Below, in pieces: positions 38,189 to 47,334 of a stretch of DNA of 64,000 nt (positions within the stretch are counted from its first letter, which is position 1; every line of letters begins with the position of its first letter). Source of the DNA: Polyangiaceae bacterium (GTDB lineage: Bacteria > Myxococcota_A > Polyangia > Polyangiales > Polyangiaceae); contig CBDCTZ010000008.1 of NCBI GenBank assembly GCA_965222375.1, forward strand, positions 128,001 through 192,000, given 5' to 3'. Both the position numbers and the translations under genes were made by a program. Under the pieces are notes generated by a model. It worked only from the letters and a program-made list of their open reading frames with translations, ran no database searches and was not told where the DNA came from.

Positions 38189-38877
38189 CTGGCCTCGTCG
38201 CCCCGAAGCGGAGGAAAAGACGGGTTGGTTTGGCGCACATCGCCGAGCGGTGCGCTCTCTCCCCCGTAGGCATGTCCGGGGTAGAGCACGATGTCGTCAT
38301 CCAGAGTTGCCAGACGCTGGGTCAAGGTCCGGCGCATCTCTTCTGGATCCCCGCCCGGCAGGTCCACTCGACCGCAGCCTTGCAAGAACAGCGTGTCCCC
38401 AGCGAGTAGCGAGCCTTTGACACGGAAACAGGACGATCCTGGCGTGTGCCCTGGGGTGTGCAGGAGTTCGACTTGGACTTCACCAACCTGGATCTTGTCC
38501 CCAGAATCATGGGGCGATACGTCGGAGCGCGACAACCCCGCGACCTTGGCAATACCTTCCGCTTCGAGGCGATGCGCGTGCACCGGGCACGGAGCCAGCT
38601 CCATCAAGCTGGACAGGCCGTCCACGCTGAAGCCAAACATCGACCCGCCAATATGGTCAGGGTGATAGTGGGTGGCTAGGGCTCCGACGATTCGGTAGCC
38701 TTCGGCCTTCGCCACATCCACGATCCCGGCAACATCCCAAGCTGGGTCGATGACCAGGCAGTCGCGACTGTCCGAGTCTCCAACCAAGTAGATGAAGTTC
38801 TGCATCCCGGCACCGATCTGATCCTCTTTCGCCACATCCCGACCGACCAGTAACTGCTTCAAATAGAACGAGCCCAT
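38185..38877 (-). CDS. Metallo-beta-lactamase fold hydrolase (glyoxalase II-like)
   Basis: THYHPDHIGG, HTPGHTPGS, GDTLF..GCGR, LYPGH. Confidence 0.92.
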   Translation of the reverse strand: MGSFYLKQLLVGRDVAKEDQIGAGMQNFIYLVGDSDSRDCLVIDPAWDVAGIVDVAKAEGYRIVGALATHYHPDHIGGSMFGFSVDGLSSLMELAPCPVHAHRLEAEGIAKVAGLSRSDVSPHDSGDKIQVGEVQVELLHTPGHTPGSSCFRVKGSLLAGDTLFLQGCGRVDLPGGDPEEMRRTLTQRLATLDDDIVLYPGHAYGGESAPLGDVRQTNPSFPPLRGDEAS

Positions 38878-39685
38878 GACCGAGGCAGCATTGCACAAGC
38901 TTCGCGAGTCGGTAAGACCGCCGTTGTCTCGGCGAGCTTTTGTGGTGGGTAGCAGCGCCTGCCTGCTGGGGTGTCGGAGAGACGATGCAGAGCTACTCGT
39001 TTTCGCCGCCGCCAGCCTAGCGCCCTTTCTCGAAGCGAGTTCGGGGAGCTTCCGAATCTCTTCGGCAGCGCCAACGCTACGTTTCAACTTCGGAGGTTCG
39101 GCTCGCCTTGCGCGTCAGCTCTTGGCCGCCCCCCGGGGCGATCTGTTCATTTCCGCGGGCCGACACGACCTCGCAGAACTGATCCAGGCGAAGCTCGTGG
39201 CAGTCTCGGACATTCAGATCCTGTTTGGAAACCGACTGGCCCTGGTGGCGCCAAAGGGCTCCAAGCAATCCTCCGCGGATCCAAGAGCGCTGTTGCTTTC
39301 GACGGATTCGGTGATCAGCATTGCCGACCCCGAAGCCGCCCCGCTGGGACGCTACACGAAAGCCTGGCTCTCTGCACTCAGTCCAACGCTATGGCAGCAG
39401 CTATCGCCACGACTGTCACCGATGCCCGACGCCCGCGCGGCTTTGGCGCAAGTGGAACGGCGCCCAAATGCCCTGGGCATCGTCTATCGCAGCGATGCAC
39501 TCGGTTCCCCACGGCTCAGAGTTCTGCACGAAGTGGGAGACGAGCCCCGCATCGAGTATGTCGCGGCGGTTATCAACGGGCGACCACACGCTGCAGCAGC
39601 GCGCGAGTTCATGGCCCATCTCTCGGGGCAACAAGCTCGACGCCTGTATCGCAAACTCGGCTTCGTCGAGGCGTCGGCAGGGTAG
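38876..39685 (+). CDS. modA: Molybdate ABC transporter substrate-binding protein
   Basis: FAAASL, GGS..LARQ, DLFISA, N.L, IADP..APLG.Y, GIVYRSD; Tat-like SRRAFV and LLGC lipobox. Confidence 0.9.
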   Translation: MTEAALHKLRESVRPPLSRRAFVVGSSACLLGCRRDDAELLVFAAASLAPFLEASSGSFRISSAAPTLRFNFGGSARLARQLLAAPRGDLFISAGRHDLAELIQAKLVAVSDIQILFGNRLALVAPKGSKQSSADPRALLLSTDSVISIADPEAAPLGRYTKAWLSALSPTLWQQLSPRLSPMPDARAALAQVERRPNALGIVYRSDALGSPRLRVLHEVGDEPRIEYVAAVINGRPHAAAAREFMAHLSGQQARRLYRKLGFVEASAG

Positions 39686-39687
39686 GC

Positions 39688-40350
39688 ATGCTGGGCAGCG
39701 TAGATGCCGTGCTCCTCGTGAGCCTGAAGGTTGCGTTCATCGCGACCTTGGTGGTGATGCTGCCGGGCACCCTATTCGGCTACGTGCTGAGTCGCTTCCA
39801 ATTCTTCGGCAAGCGCTTGTTCTCCGCGGCAGTGCTCACTCCTCTGGTCCTGCCTCCTACGGCAGTGGGCTTCCTGCTGCTCGAGCTGTTGTCAGATCAG
39901 GGCGCGCTGGGCGTGGGTCGCCTCGGCTTCGATCTGGGGCTCCTCCTCACTTGGAGGGGAGCGGTGATTGCTTCAGCCCTGATGGCTTTGCCCTTGGTCG
40001 TGCGCACGGCCCGAGTCACCTTCGATGGGCTCGACCCACGCTACGAAGCCGTCGCTCAAACCCTGGGCTACAGTCGCACTGCCGCCGTCGTGCGCTTCGT
40101 GCTGCCGGCCGCGTCCCGGGGGCTCACCGCCGCTGCGCTTTTGGCCTTTGCTCGCTCATTGGGGGAATTCGGGGCCACGGTCATGGTCGCTGGCAACATC
40201 CCGGGCAAGACGCAGACCTTGGCGTCGGCCATGTGGACGGCGGAGCAAGCCGGGCGCACTGCAGACGCCCGCGTGCTGCTCGGAGTGGCCCTCGGCATCG
40301 GTCTTTTGGCTACGCTTCTTGCTGACCGCTTTTCGTCGAGGGATGCATGA
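39688..40350 (+). CDS. modB: Molybdate ABC transporter permease
   Basis: SLKVA, PLVLPPTAVGF.LL, FARSLGEFGAT.M.AGNIPG.TQT. Confidence 0.95.
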   Translation: MLGSVDAVLLVSLKVAFIATLVVMLPGTLFGYVLSRFQFFGKRLFSAAVLTPLVLPPTAVGFLLLELLSDQGALGVGRLGFDLGLLLTWRGAVIASALMALPLVVRTARVTFDGLDPRYEAVAQTLGYSRTAAVVRFVLPAASRGLTAAALLAFARSLGEFGATVMVAGNIPGKTQTLASAMWTAEQAGRTADARVLLGVALGIGLLATLLADRFSSRDA

Positions 40351-41432
40351 TGCTCGAGATCGACGTCCACACCGCCTTCCACGACTTTTCTTTGTCGGTC
40401 CAGGCAGAGCTTGAGCATCGAGCCACGGGGGTATTCGGCCCTTCCGGTGCGGGAAAATCGACACTGCTCGAAGCCGTCGCGGGCATACGCACGGCGCGCG
40501 GGCGGGTCAGCTTGGACGACACGGTTTTCTTCGATTCGGACGCCGGAACCGTGCTTCCGCCGGGCAAGCGCGACGTCGGCTGGGTCCCCCAGGACGCGCT
40601 GCTGTTTCCGGGAAACGTCGCCAAGAATCTCTCCGCCGGCACGATGCGCGCGCGGCGACGAGGCATCGACGACAAGAGCCTCACCCAAGAAGTCATCGAT
40701 ACTCTGTCTCTCGCCCCGCTGCTTGGGCGCGATGTGCGAACCCTCTCTGGAGGCGAGCGCCGCCGCGTCGCCTTGGCCCGCGCGCTCTGCTCCGCACCCC
40801 GGCTACTGCTCCTCGACGAACCCTTCAGCGGACTCGACCGCGCGTTGAGTCGGCGCTTGGTCTTGTTCATGCGCTCGGCGACCCAACGTTTCGAGCAGCC
40901 ACTTCTGCTGGTCACCCACGATCCCGTGGAAGCACTGCTACTTTGCGACTGGTTGCTGGTGCTGGGGAAAGGTCGCGTCGTCGAACAAGGGGCGCCGCGC
41001 ACTCTCCTGTCGCAGCAGAAGGTCGCCGCCAGCCTGCCCGAAAGCGGCTATGAAAACGCTTGGTCCGCCAAAGTCACTGCTTGCGATGGTATCGAGTGTC
41101 GCCTGGCGGTGGCGCCGGACGTAGAACTTGCGGGCACCACGAGCCGCGACTTTGGAGCACAGGTGGGGCAGTCCGCAGTGGTCGAAGTGAGCGCCCGAGA
41201 CGTGATTCTGGCGCGAGCGCGCCCCGACGGCATTTCCGCGCGCAATTGTCTACTCGGCAGCGTCACCTCTCTCGCAGACCACACGGGACACGTCCTCGTA
41301 GGAGTACGGCTCGGGGCGGCTACCACCATCTTCAGCGAGGTCAGTCACGCTGCCGTGCGCGAGTTGGAGCTCGCGGCTGATTCGCCCGTGACGGTCGTGA
41401 TCAAGGCCAGCTCCTGCCGCGCCCACGCTTGA
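40347..41432 (+). CDS. modC: Molybdate ABC transporter ATP-binding protein with TOBE domain
   Basis: GPSGAGKST, LSGGERRR, LLLDEPF, VTHD, ISARN...L.L.......V.IKA. Confidence 0.93.
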   Translation: MMLEIDVHTAFHDFSLSVQAELEHRATGVFGPSGAGKSTLLEAVAGIRTARGRVSLDDTVFFDSDAGTVLPPGKRDVGWVPQDALLFPGNVAKNLSAGTMRARRRGIDDKSLTQEVIDTLSLAPLLGRDVRTLSGGERRRVALARALCSAPRLLLLDEPFSGLDRALSRRLVLFMRSATQRFEQPLLLVTHDPVEALLLCDWLLVLGKGRVVEQGAPRTLLSQQKVAASLPESGYENAWSAKVTACDGIECRLAVAPDVELAGTTSRDFGAQVGQSAVVEVSARDVILARARPDGISARNCLLGSVTSLADHTGHVLVGVRLGAATTIFSEVSHAAVRELELAADSPVTVVIKASSCRAHA

Positions 41433-41462
41433 TTCTCAGTTCGCTGGTATGGCAGCGGTCCC

Positions 41463-43787
41463 TCACGGGGTCGCAGCAAGATTTGCGAGCGTCATATAGT
41501 CTCGACACTGCTGTGCACGCAGAGATGGACATGGTGGAAGCGGCGAAGACACTGTCACACCGCTAACCACCGGAAGCGCGATGCTGGATGGGCGACTCAT
41601 GTCGTGGCCGACGTCGTAGTTTGCGGCACCGGGGAACTTCTTCAGCTCGAATCGCCATTCGGCACGGCTGTCTCCCGGGGTATCAATGGAGATACGGATT
41701 CTGGATCCATTGCGGAAGATGTGACTGAAGGCCGGTATTCCGACTCGCACCTCCTCCCAAGTTCCCGGCTTGAGCGGAGCACTGTCAGATAGCGCGTAGC
41801 TGTGTTCCGGCCAGAGCTCCGCCGAACCCGCCGCCAGCTTTCGATGGCTGGCTCGCAGCCAGCCACTTTGAATGTACATCTCCTTGCCGTCGGGCCGAAC
41901 TTCGCTGAGGTTCACCTCGATGTCGGCGTCGTCGACGTTCGACCGGATGAAGAGGTCAACGCTCGCGGTACCGATCATCACCTGATCTTCAGTGAGTGCG
42001 GCAGACTCGAAGGCAACGGCCTTGCCTGAGGACAGAGTGGGCCAGGCGTATTGGGGAAGCGGGTCCCAAAGCGCTGTGCCGGATTCCAGGATCCCACGAT
42101 CCCCAGCCGCAGGGTCGAGGGCGAAGCTACTCGCGGCGAATGCGTCTGCCGGGGCAGCGGGCACCAATGCTCCGCTCTTGTCGAAATAGAGCCGCAATGG
42201 CGTTGCTGGGGGAGGCCACGAGTTGAAAGTCTGCTCGAAGGTCCCGGTCGGAGCACCCACGGGAGTGCCACCCCCGTTCTCGAAGATCACGCGGACCTCG
42301 GGTTCCGCCTCATATGCGGCCAGCGCTTCTGCGTGGGTTGCATAGCCACCAAAACGGTCGGGAGGCATCGACAGTTCCGCCTTGAAGATCTCTTTGAACA
42401 ACTGCGGGCTGAGGGTCCGCACAGCGGTGTCAATCGTGGGCACCGCCTTCTTCACGTAGAGATCCAGGAACGCGGCCCATTCGACCAGGACTTGTGGAGC
42501 GTAGCCATCGGGGTGCACTCCATTGTAGGCCGTGAATCTACGGGGCTTCGCGTTCTTGAACTTGTCCAGCAGCGTGAAAAAGTAGGGGCCTGTTTGCTCG
42601 TCTTGAAAGCTGTTCGCCATGAAAACAGGCACGTCGATCTCACCGACGAAAGCCGTCGGGTTGATCGGGTCGACGACCTCAGGAGTGTAGAATGGGTTGT
42701 CCCGAGCCTTCTGAATGATGTCCACACGCTGGTCGTGGAGCAGTTGGTTTTCTTCGCAAATCGTGTCGCCCGCATCGACCTGCTTCTGCTCCCAGCCTTG
42801 GGCGTAGGGAGCAGCGCGGTCCAGCACGTTCTGCGCCCAATTCAGCGCGAACCCATTGTTCAGAATTCCGCCAGGAGCCAAAGTTGTCAGCGTATTGCCA
42901 ACGACGGACAAGGGTGTGATTGCCGCCAAACTGGGGGGACGCTCCCGCGCAACGAACATTTGAGAGATCCCGGGATAGGAAAGTCCGGTCATGCCAACAT
43001 GGTTGTGCAGCACCCAGCCTTGCGCCGCGACGGTCTCGATCACGTCGTAGCCGTCGAGTTTCTGCAGGGGCTCGAAGAAGTCGTATGCGCCGCCCGAGCA
43101 GCCCGTGCCGCGCATATTCACACCAACCGTGGCGTACCCGAGCAAAGCTGCAATCAACGCACTGGAATCGTTGGGCGCATCGCACAGAACCGGCAGGATG
43201 CCGCACAAGCTGCCGTAGTTGCCGATGGGCTCGCCGGGTTTTGCCGGGGAGTATCCAGAGTAATTGACGACCGTCGGGTACGGTCCGTCCTCGATCTTGC
43301 CCGGGAGAGTGATGTAGGCGGCGAGCTTGGTGCCATCTCGCACCGTGATGTAGTTGACGCCTGCAACCAGGGTCTGGCTTTGATAGAAGCTGGGTGGGGG
43401 CTTGCTTCCCTCGATGCTCATGACTTCGAGACCATCGACGCTTCGCAACGGGCTAGCTTTCTCACGAACGCTGTAACCCTTGCCAGGTGTGACCTCGCGG
43501 AAGATCAGGCTTCCAAACTGGTCCGTCGTATCTTCGGCCACGACCTTGTCCGACGCGTCAACGAGCTCCAGCGTCACGTCGGGCTCGGCGTGGGTGATGT
43601 GCAGCTGCTCCACGCTCTCTCGCACTGAAAAGGGTCCGGCCGTTGCTCCGCCGGAGCCTGCGCTGCCCGCCGCGCCGGCACCGCCAGCTGTTCCTCCTGT
43701 GCCCAAGCCGAAGCTGGCGCCATAGGGTTCGTCTTGTCCGCAGCCGATGGCTGCTACGCATGAAACAAAGCAAATGAGTCGGCGCAT
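41463..43787 (-). CDS. CocE/NonD-family (S15) serine hydrolase lipoprotein
   Basis: Lipobox IGC, Gly linker, 'RDGTKLA', 'RGTGCSGG', nucleophile GLSYPG, PepX_C-like 'GWLRASHR...LKPG...F..G.RIR'. Confidence 0.88.
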   Translation of the reverse strand: MRRLICFVSCVAAIGCGQDEPYGASFGLGTGGTAGGAGAAGSAGSGGATAGPFSVRESVEQLHITHAEPDVTLELVDASDKVVAEDTTDQFGSLIFREVTPGKGYSVREKASPLRSVDGLEVMSIEGSKPPPSFYQSQTLVAGVNYITVRDGTKLAAYITLPGKIEDGPYPTVVNYSGYSPAKPGEPIGNYGSLCGILPVLCDAPNDSSALIAALLGYATVGVNMRGTGCSGGAYDFFEPLQKLDGYDVIETVAAQGWVLHNHVGMTGLSYPGISQMFVARERPPSLAAITPLSVVGNTLTTLAPGGILNNGFALNWAQNVLDRAAPYAQGWEQKQVDAGDTICEENQLLHDQRVDIIQKARDNPFYTPEVVDPINPTAFVGEIDVPVFMANSFQDEQTGPYFFTLLDKFKNAKPRRFTAYNGVHPDGYAPQVLVEWAAFLDLYVKKAVPTIDTAVRTLSPQLFKEIFKAELSMPPDRFGGYATHAEALAAYEAEPEVRVIFENGGGTPVGAPTGTFEQTFNSWPPPATPLRLYFDKSGALVPAAPADAFAASSFALDPAAGDRGILESGTALWDPLPQYAWPTLSSGKAVAFESAALTEDQVMIGTASVDLFIRSNVDDADIEVNLSEVRPDGKEMYIQSGWLRASHRKLAAGSAELWPEHSYALSDSAPLKPGTWEEVRVGIPAFSHIFRNGSRIRISIDTPGDSRAEWRFELKKFPGAANYDVGHDMSRPSSIALPVVSGVTVSSPLPPCPSLRAQQCRDYMTLANLAATP

Positions 43788-43921
43788 CGTTCGGCCCACA
43801 CTGTGCCGGCTGGCGGCCACCTGCGCAACGCCCGACTGCATGCCACAGCCACCTACACCCCGCGGGCCGCAAGGCAAACGTTGACCGGCGCCTGAAAGGA
43901 CTGTCGAGCGAAGGGCCGCGC

Positions 43922-44803
43922 CTAGAAGCGTCCGACCACCGCCGCCGCCGCACCCCCGGGGATGGGTGTCACCATGCCCGTGGTGCTGGGAAGCGTGGGC
44001 TTGTCGCCATCAGCCGTGAGAAGGAAGTACGTCGCCGCGCCCAATCCCGCGACGCCAACGACCAGCGAAATATCGCCAAAAAGGAAGGTTTGTTTGACGT
44101 CCGAGACCGCGTCGTCCGAGCAATTGGGTTTGCACTCGTCCAGATCCTTCTCGTCACCCAGGCCCTTCAGACTGAAGTAGGTGAACCCAGCTAGCCCCGC
44201 AACGCCCACGCCGCCGAAGATCCATGTCGCCACCGGGATGCCTGACCCGGCGCCACTATCGGCTTCCGGGGGCGCCTCAGTGCCGCCCCCGGGCGGAGAC
44301 AAGCTCGGCTCCACCGGAGCCGTGTTCTCTAGCTCGATCGTGATCGCGCGATTCTTCTCACCCACGATGATCACCAGTTGTCGCTCGACGGGTTGGGAGC
44401 CCTCGAGCTCGAATCGGAATTGATGGGGACCTGGATCGACCCGCAGGGCGCGACCGTCCAACTTGTCGGTCAGCTTCTCACCATCCATCAGGACCCGGAC
44501 GTCAACGGCGTCATTGCCGTCCGCGCGCTTCGCCCGAAACACGACGCTGGGAAGCTCCTTGTCTACCTCCCCCAACCAACTCGTACAGTCCTTGCGAGCG
44601 ATACCGGGGCAGCCGGGCTGAGCACAGACCAGCAGCTGCTCGCGCGCTGCGCGCAGCTTGCCCTCACCGCGCAGTTTCTGGGCGGCGGTGTGCGCGTCCA
44701 CACACTTGCCGCTGTCGACCTTCTGGGCGAGCGCAGGGCTCGTCACGCCGAGCGCTAGGCCCGCTGCCAGTAGGCCCCCCCCGGAGCGCGCCCTTAGAAG
44801 CAC
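43922..44803 (-). CDS. Exported PEGA-like domain protein with Cys-containing helical N-terminus
   Basis: Signal (PALA-Q), C....AQ....G.L..A...L..C....CP......C, 'V.MDG........VDPG.H', two hydrophobic segments, C-terminal PIPGGA...GRF; overlaps kinase stop. Confidence 0.78.
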   Translation of the reverse strand: MLLRARSGGGLLAAGLALGVTSPALAQKVDSGKCVDAHTAAQKLRGEGKLRAAREQLLVCAQPGCPGIARKDCTSWLGEVDKELPSVVFRAKRADGNDAVDVRVLMDGEKLTDKLDGRALRVDPGPHQFRFELEGSQPVERQLVIIVGEKNRAITIELENTAPVEPSLSPPGGGTEAPPEADSGAGSGIPVATWIFGGVGVAGLAGFTYFSLKGLGDEKDLDECKPNCSDDAVSDVKQTFLFGDISLVVGVAGLGAATYFLLTADGDKPTLPSTTGMVTPIPGGAAAAVVGRF

Positions 44804-46380
44804 TCCTTTTTGAGGTGCTTCACGCCATTCTTGTCGAAGTAGTAGGGCGGATTGCACTGAGCTGCTTTTTGCGCTTTTTCGGGCCAAGGCGCAAGCTTTC
44901 CGTGGACCTTGGGCTTTGAGGCCGGTTTCTTCGCGGCCGGCGTGGGCTTGGCTGTCGCCGCCGCATCGGGAGTGCCCTCGGCGGATGCCGTGGGTTTGGT
45001 GGGCTCGGCCGTCTCTTCCTTGATTGGTGGCGGCGCCGCCGCGCTGGGGTTGGACGGCGTCTCGGAGCCGACGCCAGCGAGGCCGGATGCCGTAGCTGCG
45101 GGCTCGACTTCCTCGGGATCCCCTCCCCGTCCCACCACCGCACCCACGATCCCGAACAGCAACAGCACGCCCACGACCCCACCTACGACCAACATATTGC
45201 GACGCCGCCGAGCGTTTCGGCTGGGATCCGTGCTGCGTGCCATGCTGATGACCGATGGGTCCGTCGCTTGAGTGACGGTTTCGTCTTCTGGGCGAGACGC
45301 TTGGAAGCTGGATTCGGGCAGCGACAGGGAGTCCGGCGTCTGCGGAAAGGAGGGCTCACTGCCGTCGTTCACGCTCAGCCGCGCAGTCACGGGCAAGTCC
45401 GCGCTCATGCCTTCGATGGCTTTGAGCTTCTCGGCCCGGGCACCCAGCGGCCCCTTCGCGATCTCCTGCACCCACTTGCTCACCTGCCGCGCTGTCGCTG
45501 GCGAAACCGCCTCCTCTAGTGCCGCGGCCATGTCGAAGGCTGTCTCGAAGCGCTCTGTCGCATCTACGGACAGGGCCTTCATGACGATCGCGTCCAACTC
45601 CTGGGGCACCTGGTCGTTGTGCGCAGAGGCCGGCTCGGTAACGCCTTCCATGATCGACGTGGCGATCTGCCACTCGTTCTCCCCCTCGAACAAGCGCTTG
45701 CCTGCCAAGGATTCCCATAGCACCACGCCTGCGGCGTAGATGTCGGCTCGGTGATCGACCGATCCCCGTTTCAGTTGCTCTGGGGCCATGTAGCGGATCT
45801 TGCCCTTGAGTTGCCCTTCCCGCGTTTCTTGCAAGCGACCAGCCGCTTTGGCCACGCCGAAGTCCACGACGCGAGTGACTCCGTCGCTGCCGACCACGAC
45901 GTTTTGCGGGGAGACATCTCGGTGCACGATGTTGAGAGGTTCGCCACGCTCGTCGGTCGCTTCATGCGCAGCGTGCAAGCCATACAGAGCTTGAGACAGC
46001 ACCGCCGCCGCGATTCCTGGCGGGATCCGGGTGCGCTGGCGGCTCGCCGCTCGCAGCAGCCGTGACAGGGACTCCCCGTGTACATACTCCATCACCACGA
46101 GCAGCTCGCCCTCGAGGGCGACCACATCGAGGGTCACTACGACGTTGGGATGCCGAACCCGCGCAGCCAAGCGCGCCTCGTCGATGAGCATCGAAACGAA
46201 CTCGGGATCTTGGGCCAAGTAGGGGTGCAGCCGCTTGATGGCGACGGTCCGCGAGAAACCCGCTTGGCCCAGCAGGCGGCCCAAGTGCACGGTGGCCATG
46301 CCGCCACGGGCGATTTGAGCGTAGAGCGCGTAGCGCCCAATGACCTTCACCTCAGGGGAGGCTTCGGCTGCGTCGCCCAT
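44794..46380 (-). CDS. Transmembrane Ser/Thr protein kinase with Pro-rich periplasmic tail
   Basis: IARGGMATV, VAIK, HRDVSPQN, DFGVAK, GKIRYMAPEQ; single TM; ends CNPPYYFDKNGVKHLKKECF. Confidence 0.95.
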   Translation of the reverse strand: MGDAAEASPEVKVIGRYALYAQIARGGMATVHLGRLLGQAGFSRTVAIKRLHPYLAQDPEFVSMLIDEARLAARVRHPNVVVTLDVVALEGELLVVMEYVHGESLSRLLRAASRQRTRIPPGIAAAVLSQALYGLHAAHEATDERGEPLNIVHRDVSPQNVVVGSDGVTRVVDFGVAKAAGRLQETREGQLKGKIRYMAPEQLKRGSVDHRADIYAAGVVLWESLAGKRLFEGENEWQIATSIMEGVTEPASAHNDQVPQELDAIVMKALSVDATERFETAFDMAAALEEAVSPATARQVSKWVQEIAKGPLGARAEKLKAIEGMSADLPVTARLSVNDGSEPSFPQTPDSLSLPESSFQASRPEDETVTQATDPSVISMARSTDPSRNARRRRNMLVVGGVVGVLLLFGIVGAVVGRGGDPEEVEPAATASGLAGVGSETPSNPSAAAPPPIKEETAEPTKPTASAEGTPDAAATAKPTPAAKKPASKPKVHGKLAPWPEKAQKAAQCNPPYYFDKNGVKHLKKECF

Positions 46381-46479
46381 CCCACGAGCCTAGCAAACAC
46401 GCGGGCAAACGCGCGAATGAGCGGCAAGTTCCCAGGCGAATCGCAGCCTCGGAGTCCAATTCGCGCGGGTTTTGCCGGT

Positions 46480-47334
46480 TCACGGCCTGACGGCGCGCGC
46501 TCGCAGGCTGGTCCGTTCTGCCTGGCGCAGCGCCTCGATCAAGGCCGCTTCCGTGGCCTCGTCGATCCCGAGGGCCTCAAAGCGCTGCCGCTGCGGCGCC
46601 GTAAGGGCGTCGACTACGACGTCCGCGACCATCACCATTCGCACATGAGGAGAATCCTGCACGGGTCCGTCGTGATGGGCAGCACAGGCGTCCACGATCT
46701 CGGCGGGCAGCCGCCAAGCCATCGCAATCTCGGCCCCCGCGCGGCAGTGATACTTGTGGACCAGTCGCTTCACCTCCGCCTTGTCGGTCGGCGCCGGCGT
46801 CATGGCATCGAAGATGCGGTACAGGCGCGACTCACCGATGTCGTGCAACAGCCCACACATGTAGTCCATTTCCTGCGGCAGGCCGAGGGTGACCGCGACG
46901 GCTCGGGCCGCGACTGCGCAGCGTACGCTCCGATCGAAGGAGGCGCGCACTCGACTTTGAAAGCGACGCAGTCCGCGGGCGCTGTTGGCGTAGACGACCT
47001 GGAACAACAGGTCTCGAGTCCGCGCAAGCCCGAGTCGCACGATGGCGGCTTGGGTATTGGATGTATTGAACCCCCGCCAGTACGCGGCACTGTTCGCGAC
47101 CGAGAGAAAACGCGCCGCAATCGGCGGATCCGTATCCACGAGTTTGGCGAGTTCGTCCACGTTGGCCGCCGGGTCACCGGCCAGCTTCACTGCCAGAGTC
47201 GCAACCTGGGGCAGAACTGGCAGAGCCGTCCGACCCGTCTCCATACGCCGCAGCAACTCCGTCTCCAGCGCAGACTGGGGCGCGTCCCGGACGGATTGGG
47301 GCGGCTGCCCAGCGGGGATCGCCAACTCGGTCAT
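46480..47334 (-). CDS. HDOD domain protein
   Basis: LPVLPQVA, 'DP.IAA..L.VANSA.Y', AIVRLG, GLLHDIG, 'H..AG..IA..WRLP......AAHH'; ATGA-coupled to the cyclase. Confidence 0.9.
   Translation of the reverse strand: MTELAIPAGQPPQSVRDAPQSALETELLRRMETGRTALPVLPQVATLAVKLAGDPAANVDELAKLVDTDPPIAARFLSVANSAAYWRGFNTSNTQAAIVRLGLARTRDLLFQVVYANSARGLRRFQSRVRASFDRSVRCAVAARAVAVTLGLPQEMDYMCGLLHDIGESRLYRIFDAMTPAPTDKAEVKRLVHKYHCRAGAEIAMAWRLPAEIVDACAAHHDGPVQDSPHVRMVMVADVVVDALTAPQRQRFEALGIDEATEAALIEALRQAERTSLRARAVRP

Noticed and set aside
42051..43628. 525-aa + strand ORF
   Set aside because: Antisense to the well-supported CocE/NonD hydrolase
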